Shown piece by piece: positions 15,804-25,148 of a stretch of 54,228 nucleotides of DNA (the first letter of the stretch is position 1; every line of letters begins with the position of its first letter). The notes below the pieces were generated by a model. The model had not been told where the DNA came from and searched no databases. It saw nothing but the letters and a program-made list of their open reading frames with translations. Source of the stretch: a virus. The stretch is taken from positions 1 to 54,228 of the IMG/VR virus record IMGVR_UViG_3300045988_069299; one strand, given 5' to 3'. The position numbers and the translations under genes are program-made.

Positions 15804-16682
15804 TTACTTTTTGAGATATGCCCTTGTAACCGCACCGACTTTTCCATCTACAGTGATTCCAACACTCTTTTGGAATGCTTTTACTGCATCAGAAGTGGTT
15901 TTTCCAAAATATCCGTCAATGTTCGTCTTACCTTTCGCATTTACAGACGGCATAAAGCCTTTCCTTACAAGTTCGTACTGCACCCACTTGACATCATTTC
16001 CCTTCATCATTGCCAGACGCTTGTAATAAAGAAGTCTTTCCGGCTCTGTATAAGGGTTTCTATATCTTGTAGAATCCTCATATACGGCATCTAACTCCTT
16101 GTACCATACATTCATGTCTACATTGCCTACAATGCCGCCTACACGACCTTTAGAAGTATACTGCCATCCTACCATGTTCGGTACTTGCGGTTGATACTTC
16201 ACATTACACTTGCCGTTATTCTTGCCGTACCGTGCAATCCACATAGGATAACTCACACCGCCATAAGGCTTAATGTATGTCTTGTAAAAACTTTCCCCAG
16301 TGTATACACCGAATGGCAATCCTGCATCGGTGATTACCTTTCCGTAAGCATTGATAATAGAAATAATATTTTTGCCAAGACCTTTCATAACGGCATCTTC
16401 AACATCAAGATATACTGTTACTTTTCTGCCATTAAGAATAGTAAGCACTCTTCTTGCATCAGATCGTGATTTTGCAACCGTTGTAATATATCCGTATTCA
16501 TATACTCCGTGCACATGGACATTGTGCTCTTTACAACCTTTCCAGTTCTCTTCAAACTTCTTGTCCGGGTTCAAATCCTTACGGATGACTTTCAAAATAG
16601 CAAAATCAATACCGTTCTGTTTTACCGCCCACCAGTTAATCGTCCCCTGGTATGAGGACACATCAATTCCTGTTAAACTCAT
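15804..16682 (-). CDS. endolysin: GH25 muramidase plus C-terminal peptidoglycan-binding domain
   Basis: GIDVSSYQGTINWWAVKQNGIDFAILKV is a GH25-type N-terminus. The C-terminal GYFGKTTSDAVKAFQKSVGITVDGKVG is a PG_binding_1-type repeat. ATGA overlap with the upstream gene. Confidence 0.85.
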   Translation of the reverse strand: MSLTGIDVSSYQGTINWWAVKQNGIDFAILKVIRKDLNPDKKFEENWKGCKEHNVHVHGVYEYGYITTVAKSRSDARRVLTILNGRKVTVYLDVEDAVMKGLGKNIISIINAYGKVITDAGLPFGVYTGESFYKTYIKPYGGVSYPMWIARYGKNNGKCNVKYQPQVPNMVGWQYTSKGRVGGIVGNVDMNVWYKELDAVYEDSTRYRNPYTEPERLLYYKRLAMMKGNDVKWVQYELVRKGFMPSVNAKGKTNIDGYFGKTTSDAVKAFQKSVGITVDGKVGAVTRAYLKK

Positions 16683-17035
16683 GTTTGTTTCTCCTTTTTG
16701 GGATGTGATAATTCAAAATTAGCCTGCATTGCCATAAGTCCTGCAAGGAACGCTTTCCTTTGCTTCTGAATTTCTTTTTCATTATTAGCAATGTCAGCAC
16801 GTTCTATAATAGGCTTGTCAATATACTTCGATTGTGCTTTTCGACCGTTTAGGCAATGGTCTACGGCAACAGATGTTGCTGCTAGTCCATATTCTCCCCA
16901 CCACATCCACATTTCTCTGTCTCTCTGCTTCATTTCTAGCTTGTACGCTTCTGCATAAGGCTCTAAATCCGCAGGGCAGGAAGAATCTATATCTTTTACT
17001 GTAAATCCGTATCCTTTTGTGCATAAAAGCCACAT
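16679..17035 (-). CDS. T part of the tail assembly chaperone GT fusion (reached by -1 frameshift)
   Basis: This frame is open upstream to 17146 and is entered from the G frame at TTTTTTA. DLEPYAEAYKLEMKQRDREMWMWWGEYGL is typical of the T segment. Confidence 0.7.
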   Translation of the reverse strand: MWLLCTKGYGFTVKDIDSSCPADLEPYAEAYKLEMKQRDREMWMWWGEYGLAATSVAVDHCLNGRKAQSKYIDKPIIERADIANNEKEIQKQRKAFLAGLMAMQANFELSHPKKEKQT

Positions 17036-17067
17036 AGGACGTACTTCTTTACAGTATATTTCCCATG

Positions 17068-17475
17068 TTAGTTCTCTGACTTCTCCGGTGCTTTCTTGGA
17101 GTTCTTCTCCTGCTCCTGTTTCAGGAGCTTCGCTAAAAAACCGTTTTCAAGCAGTTCTCCTTGCACATCAGCAAATAATTTCTGAATGTCAGATTCGTCA
17201 GAATCGAAATAATCATCAAGCATGGAATAAACCTCGCTTAACTTTGCTTCTTTCTGCTCTTTGTTGTAAGGGTCGAAACCGTATTCATCAGAGTGGTATT
17301 TCTGTAAACCTACAAGAATCAGTTCCGGCAGTAACATGAGAATGTTATTCACGGATTCAATGCCGTCTTCCTGCTTTTCAAGGTTTGCCAGTTTCTTAAT
17401 AATGTTGTTTTTTACGGTTGCTTCGTAACCAAATTTAATGTTCAGTTCCTTTTCTCCAAATTTTACTTTCAGCAT
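17068..17475 (-). CDS. tail assembly chaperone G
   Basis: 135 aa acidic protein between the tail tube and the tape measure. Has a slippery site near its 3' end. Confidence 0.75.
   Translation of the reverse strand: MLKVKFGEKELNIKFGYEATVKNNIIKKLANLEKQEDGIESVNNILMLLPELILVGLQKYHSDEYGFDPYNKEQKEAKLSEVYSMLDDYFDSDESDIQKLFADVQGELLENGFLAKLLKQEQEKNSKKAPEKSEN
17134..17140 (-). promoter_or_regulatory. -1 programmed ribosomal frameshift slippery heptamer T TTT TTA
   Basis: Minus-strand GGT TTT TTA in the G frame. A -1 slip yields FFSEAPETGAGEELQES...RPMWLLCTKGYGF, continuous with ORF 16679-17035. Confidence 0.7.
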
Positions 17476-17607
17476 ATTTTATCCTTTCCCCAACATTTTG
17501 TTGGAAAGGAGCCGCCCGAAGACGGCTCTCTTTTTGCTAAATTAATGTTTCATCTACCGCTTCATCAAAGTCAGCCACGGAAGTGTTATTTGTTTCTGAC
17601 TGACTTG

Positions 17608-18084
17608 CTATTCCCCCGTTGTCAGTGCAACGGTAGCATCCAATCCCTTGTATTCCTCAATGGTAAGATTCATTTCGATCGTCAGAAGTTCATTCTGTCC
17701 GATCTCTGGCTGTGGAATCTGCTCAGGTGGCTGTGCCACAACGAAGAAAGATTTCTCTTCTCCGGGAATGACAGTTTCAAACCACATTCTGTTTCCACCA
17801 GTAAGAGCCTTGTAGGCTGTGATAAGTGCAGTCCATTCAGCCACGGTCTCTGATGTAAAGTTGACTGTGACTGCAAAAGATCCACCAGTATCTGCACGAC
17901 CTTTTACATATCTGGTGATTGCATCTTCTAACGCAGAAGCATCAATCTGTTCCGGTTCAATGTTGATGCCGCCAATGGCATTAATTCTTGTAAGTTGCTT
18001 AAAACTTGTAGGTTTTATTCCGGCGGTTGTCTCTGTACCATATCCGAAAGTAATACCTAAAGTAGAAATTCCGGCTGCTGCCAT
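17608..18084 (-). CDS. major tail (tube) protein
   Basis: 158 aa, directly upstream of the chaperones. Beta-rich sequence; assigned by position. Confidence 0.75.
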   Translation of the reverse strand: MAAAGISTLGITFGYGTETTAGIKPTSFKQLTRINAIGGINIEPEQIDASALEDAITRYVKGRADTGGSFAVTVNFTSETVAEWTALITAYKALTGGNRMWFETVIPGEEKSFFVVAQPPEQIPQPEIGQNELLTIEMNLTIEEYKGLDATVALTTGE

Positions 18085-18138
18085 AATTTATACCTCCTTA
18101 AATTTGCATAAAAAAATAGAGCCATATGGCTCTAATAG

Positions 18139-18543
18139 TTACAATGTATCATCAGCACCTACTGTTCTTCTGAACCGTGCAGTGCTTCTGTATGTGTCCT
18201 GCGAAGTATTATTGAACTCTGGCATGGAAGTTATTTGAAATCGCAGACGTTTGAAAAGTCCGGCAACCGTAGACATGATAGCTTCGGCTTCTTCTTGACT
18301 TTTGTTGGTTATCACATCCACCTGGTATGATGCTGTGATTCCATTAACAGAACGTGCTTCAAGGTCTTGTCCTGTCTCTGCGAACGGCATAGCATGAAAG
18401 TACACCGTAGGGAATGTAGGGTCTGACAAATCCTTGCTTTTGTCCGTCACATAAGCTTTAGGATGGCTCTGCGGTATCTTCATTTTTAAGTACGATGCAA
18501 TCTTGACTTTGAAATCTGATACCCACTGATATTCATTATCCAC
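18139..18543 (-). CDS. tail completion / tail terminator-like protein
   Basis: Assigned by synteny. Probable GTG start at 18543 behind AAAGGTGGTG; the start is uncertain (track ORF extends to 18582). Confidence 0.55.
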   Translation of the reverse strand: MDNEYQWVSDFKVKIASYLKMKIPQSHPKAYVTDKSKDLSDPTFPTVYFHAMPFAETGQDLEARSVNGITASYQVDVITNKSQEEAEAIMSTVAGLFKRLRFQITSMPEFNNTSQDTYRSTARFRRTVGADDTL

Positions 18544-19069
18544 TACCAAACACCACCTTTGCTGTCTGTGATACAATATCACGAAGTTCTATTGCAGTCA
18601 GGTACATAAATGGTCTTGACGGCATACCTTCCGTAAAATACCATTTGCCATCATCCGCAGGATAAAACCACCCATATCTCCCATCCGCAAGTTGCCTGAT
18701 AGTTTTACCGCTTGCATACTGCCAGTCAACACCTTCTGGTAGTTGATATGGATATGGCGACTGCTTTCCAACAACACCAGTACCAAACTCTACGAAAGCC
18801 GCATGGTCTGTACCTGCAACCACCGCCCAAACACCGCCACCTTTTACGGATCCAACATATTCCGAATGAATGCTTTGCAAAAGTTCCGATGTAAATATAG
18901 CATCAAGGTCAGCAATTTGGACCCTAGCAATCTCTACGCCCTTTTCTGCCAGTGTTTCAGCCAGTAGCCTACATTTATACTCTAAGCTATTTTCATAGTC
19001 TCTAAGAGCCTTTACAGCCGCTTGTATGGACTTTTGGTCAAACAGGTTGATATTGATTGTCTTTTCCAT
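18536..19069 (-). CDS. HK97 gp10-like neck / tail-component protein
   Basis: GTDHAAFVEFGTG and the C-terminal PSRPFMY resemble the gp10 family pattern. Position fits. Confidence 0.65.
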   Translation of the reverse strand: MEKTININLFDQKSIQAAVKALRDYENSLEYKCRLLAETLAEKGVEIARVQIADLDAIFTSELLQSIHSEYVGSVKGGGVWAVVAGTDHAAFVEFGTGVVGKQSPYPYQLPEGVDWQYASGKTIRQLADGRYGWFYPADDGKWYFTEGMPSRPFMYLTAIELRDIVSQTAKVVFGSG

Positions 19070-19070
19070 A

Positions 19071-19493
19071 TCACTTCACCGTCTTTTGCAACAAAAACAA
19101 ATCTGCTGTCAGTCCCTCGTCTGCAACACCTTTGACAACATAGTCCGCAGTCTTGTTGTCCACAAGTCCGTCATCGTCACGGCCTACTTCTGACTTCTTC
19201 CAGATAACGTCCCCTGCCTTAATCGGCAAATAGCCTTTGTCGGTCACAATCTGACAGTACGAACTGGAATCATCAATACCAAATTCTTTTACCAGTACTT
19301 CCGACAGCTTATTACTGATGTTGGCAGAAAAAAGGACGGGTTCAGAATATCCAGTAGTTTCTCTCAAAACCACTGGAATCCTTTCTCCGTCCATCTCGAT
19401 GTACTTTATTTCTCCGTTTTCGTCCCGGTCATAAATCGTGACTTTTTCTCCCTGCCGTGAGTACTTCATTTCCTGCTTGTTAATGTCAAGCAT
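19071..19493 (-). CDS. head-closure / head-tail adaptor protein
   Basis: 140 aa, placed between the connector and the gp10-like gene. Assigned by synteny only. Confidence 0.5.
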   Translation of the reverse strand: MLDINKQEMKYSRQGEKVTIYDRDENGEIKYIEMDGERIPVVLRETTGYSEPVLFSANISNKLSEVLVKEFGIDDSSSYCQIVTDKGYLPIKAGDVIWKKSEVGRDDDGLVDNKTADYVVKGVADEGLTADLFLLQKTVK

Positions 19494-19758
19494 CTTTCTT
19501 CACCTGCTTGTAAATCTGATTTACACCAGTGCTTGCCAAACCGGAAACAATTCCTACCGCAATCGCATTCAGTACATCATTTGCCGGGAAATCCGGAATA
19601 ACATACATTCCTACTACTCCGAGAATGCCACCGACAATGCCGACAACAACCGGGATGTAGTTATCCTTAATAACCGGAATCAGCTTCGCTCCAATACCGG
19701 CAAGATAGCAAATAACCACGATTGCAACACAAGTTCCTACCTGTGAAAAATCCATCAT
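19486..19758 (-). CDS. holin-like membrane protein (90 aa)
   Basis: Three hydrophobic segments (VAIVVICYLAGIGA, IPVVVGIVGGILGVVGMYVI, AIAVGIVSGLAS) and a charged C-terminus KQVKKDA. Confidence 0.65.
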   Translation of the reverse strand: MMDFSQVGTCVAIVVICYLAGIGAKLIPVIKDNYIPVVVGIVGGILGVVGMYVIPDFPANDVLNAIAVGIVSGLASTGVNQIYKQVKKDA

Positions 19759-20111
19759 TCCTTACCTCCGTTCTCTTTAATGTTAAGTCTTTCCTCAATT
19801 CCATCAAGTCTATGATGCGCAGATGCCGTACTGGCTTCAACCTTTGCCAGCTTCTGTTCATGCACTGCAAGCTCTTTCTTCATCTCTGAACGCTCGCTTT
19901 TCATTTCATTGATAGTATCAAGGATGGTATCCAGTTTCATGTTGATGCGTGTGTTTTCTTTCACACGTTCCTCAATATCCTTTGTGTCTGTTCTTTTGCT
20001 GTTTTTCATACCAATGTAGACGGAAAAACCGAGTGATAACACGCTTATAATGATTGCTGTAGATAACTCTATAGTCACATCATATACCGCCTTCCTTGTT
20101 TGTTGGCACAC
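19755..20111 (-). CDS. N-terminally membrane-anchored coiled-coil protein (possible holin partner, XhlA-like in character)
   Basis: TM segment TAIIISVLSLGFSVYIG followed by heptad-rich ...MKSERSEMKKELAVHEQKLAKVE.... Start codon uncertain (non-ATG). Confidence 0.45.
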   Translation of the reverse strand: MCQQTRKAVYDVTIELSTAIIISVLSLGFSVYIGMKNSKRTDTKDIEERVKENTRINMKLDTILDTINEMKSERSEMKKELAVHEQKLAKVEASTASAHHRLDGIEERLNIKENGGKE

Positions 20112-20207
20112 CGCCCACCACCCTTAAAGTGTGCCGCCTGCAACCTTATTACTGGAATCAGTAACATGGTCACGCACAATCTTCTAAACCCCTCGATTTC
20201 GATGGGG

Positions 20208-20579
20208 TTATAAAACTTTTGCAAATGGAAATACACCCACAAACAGTTCTTCCCGGTCTCTCCATGTTCTCGACACTCCATTCTCTGAATAGCTTGCCAT
20301 GAAGTTTTCACCGGCTTGCGATCTGTCATACACGACAAGATTAACCACCACGGACTGAAATTTTTTCATATCCGCAGCAATCTTCTCTTCCGTGTAACTT
20401 TCCGGGTACATTCTTTTTGCTCTGATGTCGGCTTCTGCTTGACTGATAAGTTGTTCCAAAATAGGATTTTCTTCCAAATGGTCAAACACGACCTTGGAGC
20501 TTTCAGAATCACTTTTAGAATCAATATTAAATTGTTTCAGACGGATTTTTACTTGCTCCAAAGTCGTATATTCTGCCAT
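20208..20579 (-). CDS. head-tail connector (gp6-like) protein
   Basis: MAEYTTLEQVKIRLK... is a typical N-terminus. First gene after the capsid gene. Confidence 0.65.
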   Translation of the reverse strand: MAEYTTLEQVKIRLKQFNIDSKSDSESSKVVFDHLEENPILEQLISQAEADIRAKRMYPESYTEEKIAADMKKFQSVVVNLVVYDRSQAGENFMASYSENGVSRTWRDREELFVGVFPFAKVL

Positions 20580-20589
20580 TTGTTACCTC

Positions 20590-21906
20590 TTATTCATCCT
20601 TTGCAGTTACCGTAGTAATACCTGCCTTTACTGCTCTGTAATTAGGATCACACTCGATAATCATAATTTCCTTGCCGGTTGTTGCTTCAATTTCAGAAGT
20701 GCCATCCCAAGTAGCATACGTCTTTACATTTCCAAGATAAGAAGGTAATTTACAATCATCTGCTACCTTGTATTTGTAAGAATTGTCGCCGCTTTTTGCA
20801 GGGGAAACGCTTACTTTCGTGTATCCATTAGTTGTTTGGCTTGCAGTGCTGTTCACTACCAATGTATCCAAACCGCTTTCTCCTTCGGTTAAAGTACCGA
20901 TTACGATTCCATAAGGGTTAGGAATTACAGGAATAAACACGCCACTAGCCTTAGTCCACTCAGCAACCGGATCAGGAGTTGCCCACTGGGAAATAGTAAT
21001 GAATTGCTTTTTGGATAAGCTTGTAAATGCGCTTGCCTTTTCTTCTTCCGGAGTTACGCCCCAAAGTCCAGTACCAATCTTTCCGTTTCCAGTAGATACA
21101 TAAAGAGTAAATACATTATCCGGTAAAAATCTCTTGGGAGTTCTCGTTGTATTTTCCTTGTTGGCAATTCCGTACATATCATCATCAATTACCATGTTCA
21201 GACCATACAGGCTAAGTAACAGATTTGCCACTTCTGCCGGAGTAATTGCCATTCCAACGAAATTAACTCCCTTAATAGCTTTCATGATTCCTTCATTCTT
21301 AAGCATATAAGAGCGCATTTTGGTAGAAGTCAGTGCGGTATTGACAACATATCCTTTGTCAAGAGCCATCTGAACCATGTCTGCAATATCTCCAAGGATA
21401 TCATGGGTAGGATCTTCCCAGCCTTTTAGTGCCTTGAACTTATTTACTTTGAAGTCAATAGCAAAATTGAGACCATTTTCGTTAATGGTCATCTTACCAG
21501 TAGACATAACCTCCATTTTTGCGATTTCAGTTCTTGTCTTAACAGAATCAGACAGCCGACCCATATCGTCATATACATAGTCAATCAGGTTGCTTTCTCT
21601 TACGCCATGATTCAGCAACTGGCGTAATCTTTCAGACTGGTTGATTTTTTCCTTAATCAGCAGCTTTTCTATGCTTACTTTTTCAAATCCAGGTCTTACA
21701 CCAATAGCAGCCTCGGTATCAAATGCGTGTACCATTGCTGCGGTAGGAAGATCCATTCCCTCGGAAAGTCTTTCGTACTCTGCTTCAAGGTTCTCGGTCT
21801 TGATATCAGGGAAAAGACGGTCACCTACATAATTTCTTGCGATAGAATAGTTTTGGGAAAAATCCAATCTATCCTTGTCTGTAATCATAGATAATACACT
21901 GGGCAT
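20590..21906 (-). CDS. major capsid protein with C-terminal Ig-like extension
   Basis: 438 aa, downstream of the scaffold and decoration genes. N-terminal region DRLFPDIKTENLEAEY...AAMVHAFD resembles lambda-E-like capsid proteins. About 90 aa of beta-rich tail. Confidence 0.8.
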   Translation of the reverse strand: MPSVLSMITDKDRLDFSQNYSIARNYVGDRLFPDIKTENLEAEYERLSEGMDLPTAAMVHAFDTEAAIGVRPGFEKVSIEKLLIKEKINQSERLRQLLNHGVRESNLIDYVYDDMGRLSDSVKTRTEIAKMEVMSTGKMTINENGLNFAIDFKVNKFKALKGWEDPTHDILGDIADMVQMALDKGYVVNTALTSTKMRSYMLKNEGIMKAIKGVNFVGMAITPAEVANLLLSLYGLNMVIDDDMYGIANKENTTRTPKRFLPDNVFTLYVSTGNGKIGTGLWGVTPEEEKASAFTSLSKKQFITISQWATPDPVAEWTKASGVFIPVIPNPYGIVIGTLTEGESGLDTLVVNSTASQTTNGYTKVSVSPAKSGDNSYKYKVADDCKLPSYLGNVKTYATWDGTSEIEATTGKEIMIIECDPNYRAVKAGITTVTAKDE

Positions 21907-21925
21907 ATTTATTTACCTCCGTAAT

Positions 21926-22249
21926 TTAATCAAAATAGATGCCATTTGCCTTAAGGGCAGTCTCCGCACCGCTGTCAACAGTTACAGGAAGATTTTCCTT
22001 AATTACTCTTCCGGCAATGATTACGGAAATAGGCTTTTTTTCGTCATCCGTAATATCAACATCCTCAAACACAATTCCCTTCGCAGAGGAATTATTTGCG
22101 GGAACTACGGTTCCAGCTTTAATGATTTTCTTATCATCTACCTGTGTTGCCATTGCTTGTGTTCCCTCAAAAGTTTTTAACACAAGTCCGACTTCACTTG
22201 CTAAAATGTTTACACCAGAAGTGTAAGTAGTGGTTTTCATGTAAGCCAT
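21926..22249 (-). CDS. head decoration-like protein (107 aa)
   Basis: Small beta-rich ORF between the scaffold and capsid genes. Confidence 0.5.
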   Translation of the reverse strand: MAYMKTTTYTSGVNILASEVGLVLKTFEGTQAMATQVDDKKIIKAGTVVPANNSSAKGIVFEDVDITDDEKKPISVIIAGRVIKENLPVTVDSGAETALKANGIYFD

Positions 22250-22268
22250 AACGTTTATACCTCCTTGC

Positions 22269-22793
22269 TTACTGTTCGATTACATAGCGCTGATTATATT
22301 TCTTTGCCATTTCAGCACCTTTACTTTCAGTTCCATCACCACCGCCAGCACTACCACCGCCAGGATTTGTGGTTCCGTTTGCGATTTCCTGCTCTTTAGC
22401 CTGTGCCGCAGCAGTCTCTTTATCAGAGATAATTTTTCCGAGTACTTCGTAGTCAAAACTGCCGTCATCTTTGATAACCTGTGATGCCTGTTCAGCAGAA
22501 ATGTTAAACTTGGATGCCGCATTGCTTCTCTGTTCCGCAATAGCCTGTGTCTTTTCAAGTTCTGCGATTTTTGCATTTGCAGAATCAAGGTCTTTTTGCA
22601 GTCTTTCCGAATCGGATAAACCCTTATCTTTCATGGCTGTGTATTCCTTTTCCAACTCACGCAGTCTTGTCAACTCTTCACTGTTTTTGTTTGCCTTTGC
22701 GTTTGCTGCCTGAACATCCTTGCTATTCTCAGCAATGATTTTTTCAATCTGTTCATCAGTCAAACCCATAGCTGTCAGTTCTTCTCTCTTCAT
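22269..22793 (-). CDS. capsid scaffolding protein
   Basis: Highly charged Ala/Glu/Lys helical protein (GLTDEQIEKIIAENSKDVQAANAKA...) after the portal gene. Confidence 0.75.
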   Translation of the reverse strand: MKREELTAMGLTDEQIEKIIAENSKDVQAANAKANKNSEELTRLRELEKEYTAMKDKGLSDSERLQKDLDSANAKIAELEKTQAIAEQRSNAASKFNISAEQASQVIKDDGSFDYEVLGKIISDKETAAAQAKEQEIANGTTNPGGGSAGGGDGTESKGAEMAKKYNQRYVIEQ

Positions 22794-22885
22794 AAATTAC
22801 CTCCGTTATGTCCTACGAATTTTTATACGGTGCAACGACACCGATCGACATTGCCGGTTTATACGCTCACGGCATTGCGAATTTT

Positions 22886-22921
22886 TATAAAATAAAAACA
22901 GCTACCTATTTCTAGGCAACT
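22886..22921 (-). terminator. rho-independent terminator overlapping the portal stop
   Basis: Minus strand CAGTTGCCTA-GAAA-TAGGTAGCTG (10 bp, 2 G-U pairs) followed by TTTTTATTTTAT. Confidence 0.6.
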
Positions 22922-24345
22922 GTCTTATTTTGCATTTGTTTTACAATTTCTTGTGCTTTTGCCATCTGCTCTTCCATGTTGATAATGTCAGCGGTTTTCC
23001 ACAGAGCATCAAGGTAAGGTTTGGAAAGGTTGAAAGTCTTTTCGCAATCTCCCCAAAGTCCAACCGTTTTGATTGCAATAAGAGGATGAATACCACACTG
23101 CAGAAGTTGCAGTAATGTCTGCGACTTGGTATACATATTATCTTGTGGACTGTGGTTAATCTGCACATCAAAATCTCTAAGAGTGATTTTCAGATCCTCT
23201 TTCTTAATGCGGATAACATTTAGCGCAACCTTGGCCAGTCTCTTCTCTGCTGTCTTAACAACCGGATCCTTAAGCCTTGCTCTTGATTTTGAAAAATCCC
23301 ATCCGTTTCTCAGCTCAACCGCACCCTGCGTATCACCGCCAGTGTTTCCTTGCTTGTTCGGTATTCCCAAAATTGAAAGTGCGCTGTCTGTTAAATCATC
23401 CTTGGAAACCTGTGTCTGTGTTTGGTCAAGCTCCTGAGACATAACGTCCACATCGGACTTATTATCTTTATTGATGGACTTTACAACCAACGCATGGTTC
23501 ATTTTCATTTTTTTGAACTCTTCTTCGTCAATCTCGCAGTTTACAAATTTGTACCATGCCTGGATAAACTGCTCTATACCATCCATTCTGTTTGACTGCG
23601 TATTATTGATTGCATCCAGAAGGTCTATAACAAGTTCAATATCAGACAATCGCTCATGGTTGTTCGGAAATTCTACAATCGGTATTCCACCAAATCCGTG
23701 AAGTTTCCATGTATCAGGAACAACCGCACTGTTTTTTATCTTACATTCACAGGATTCCGTGTAGCAGAGTTTGTACCACTCGCCGTTTTCATCTTTTAAT
23801 TCCTGTACCGCCAAAATCGGTTCTTCGGAACTGCGGTTGTAAATGACAAACGTGTTCAGGGGATTAGGTGCAACCACACGGATAGGAACATCTCCATTCA
23901 CAATCTGAATAGCTTTGAATGATGTTCCGGTTGCCGACTGCCACTCACCAGCTTTTATGTCCTTCTCATGCTTATTTGCATCTGCTAAGTAATCGTTCAG
24001 TTCGTCTACTGCCTTATTTACAGCTTCATCATCTTTTCTGCTGACAAACTGAATAGGCTCTCCGTAAGTCTGACCGACCTTGAACTGTACCCACTCATAA
24101 GCATGATTCTCAACGATTTTGTTTGTTATATCCTCATTTGACAGCTTTGTTCTGTATAGTACCGGCTGATCTCCTTTGTAGTACTCCCACAAATACTTGA
24201 TAACTGACTTATTGTAATTAAAAACACCGATGCAATCACCAACAACCTTTACAATGTTGTCTTTGGTTATCTGCTCCACATCCGTATATGCAATTTTTCT
24301 ACCGTGACAACCCTTTACAAGGTCTTGAAATTTCATAGTGTTCAT
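22912..24345 (-). CDS. portal protein (SPP1-type)
   Basis: 477 aa, downstream of the large terminase. WEYYKGDQPVLYR / ENHAYEWVQFKVGQ match the recalled SPP1 gp6-family N-terminal pattern. Confidence 0.85.
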   Translation of the reverse strand: MNTMKFQDLVKGCHGRKIAYTDVEQITKDNIVKVVGDCIGVFNYNKSVIKYLWEYYKGDQPVLYRTKLSNEDITNKIVENHAYEWVQFKVGQTYGEPIQFVSRKDDEAVNKAVDELNDYLADANKHEKDIKAGEWQSATGTSFKAIQIVNGDVPIRVVAPNPLNTFVIYNRSSEEPILAVQELKDENGEWYKLCYTESCECKIKNSAVVPDTWKLHGFGGIPIVEFPNNHERLSDIELVIDLLDAINNTQSNRMDGIEQFIQAWYKFVNCEIDEEEFKKMKMNHALVVKSINKDNKSDVDVMSQELDQTQTQVSKDDLTDSALSILGIPNKQGNTGGDTQGAVELRNGWDFSKSRARLKDPVVKTAEKRLAKVALNVIRIKKEDLKITLRDFDVQINHSPQDNMYTKSQTLLQLLQCGIHPLIAIKTVGLWGDCEKTFNLSKPYLDALWKTADIINMEEQMAKAQEIVKQMQNKTVA

Positions 24346-24353
24346 ATTTTCAC

Positions 24354-24554
24354 CTACATAAATGTCATTCCGCTGCTTTGGTCTCTTTTTGGAAGTTTCT
24401 TGATCTCACGTTCTCCGGTCTCCGTATGGTAAACAACCATCTTATTGCAATTCCGGCACTTATATGTCTTGTCGATATGCGATTTTGCACTACATTCACC
24501 GACTAACCGTCCGCATCCCGGACAGTACACTCTAATTTTTTGGTTAAAAATCAT
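24354..24554 (-). CDS. zinc-ribbon protein (66 aa)
   Basis: ATG at 24554 behind AAAGAGG. CPGCG...CRNC pair. Confidence 0.6.
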   Translation of the reverse strand: MIFNQKIRVYCPGCGRLVGECSAKSHIDKTYKCRNCNKMVVYHTETGEREIKKLPKRDQSSGMTFM

Positions 24555-24707
24555 AAATACCTCTTTTCTGCGCACAAAAATACCGCCCTTGCTGATAAGA
24601 GCGGTACTTCTGGAGTCTTCACATGATCTGAGGAAGAAATGAAAAATATCTTGGAATCTTTCTGCATCTTAATAGTATCACGGAAAAATCGGACATATCG
24701 GACAAGT

Positions 24708-25148
24708 TTAATTTGCCATGTAACGATCGAATGCTTTTCTTACGCTATCCTCTGTGTTTCCACCACCGATTCTATCAGCAACCTTGTTCCATGATAATTT
24801 TTCAACAAAACGTAAATTGATGATCCGTCTTATACGACTGTCCTGAACGCTTGCAATAAATTCTTCGACTTCATTATTTTTTTGCAGTAAATCGTCCTCT
24901 AAAAGTTGTAAAGTAGCTTTTCTGGAATAAAGCAGTGTCCGTTTTCTGCTATACTCTGGATAAGGGAATCCTTCAATACGAAAATGTTCAGTGCCGCCGC
25001 ATCCACCTGATACGCTGTCAACAACATTCCCATCCGATTCAATTTTTCTGATATCCGATTCAAGTTTTTTAATCTTCTGCTGTACTTCTTTGATTTCTTC
25101 CTGTAAATCTATGTATTGAGACAAAACATCTTTAGTCACCATAATCAA
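24708..25148 (-). CDS. sigma-70 region-4-like HTH protein (possible late-gene regulator)
   Basis: The C-terminal RIINLRFVEKLSWNKVADRIG is a region-4-type HTH. N-terminal coiled coil. ATGA-type overlap with the terminase stop. Confidence 0.5.
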   Translation of the reverse strand: MIMVTKDVLSQYIDLQEEIKEVQQKIKKLESDIRKIESDGNVVDSVSGGCGGTEHFRIEGFPYPEYSRKRTLLYSRKATLQLLEDDLLQKNNEVEEFIASVQDSRIRRIINLRFVEKLSWNKVADRIGGGNTEDSVRKAFDRYMAN

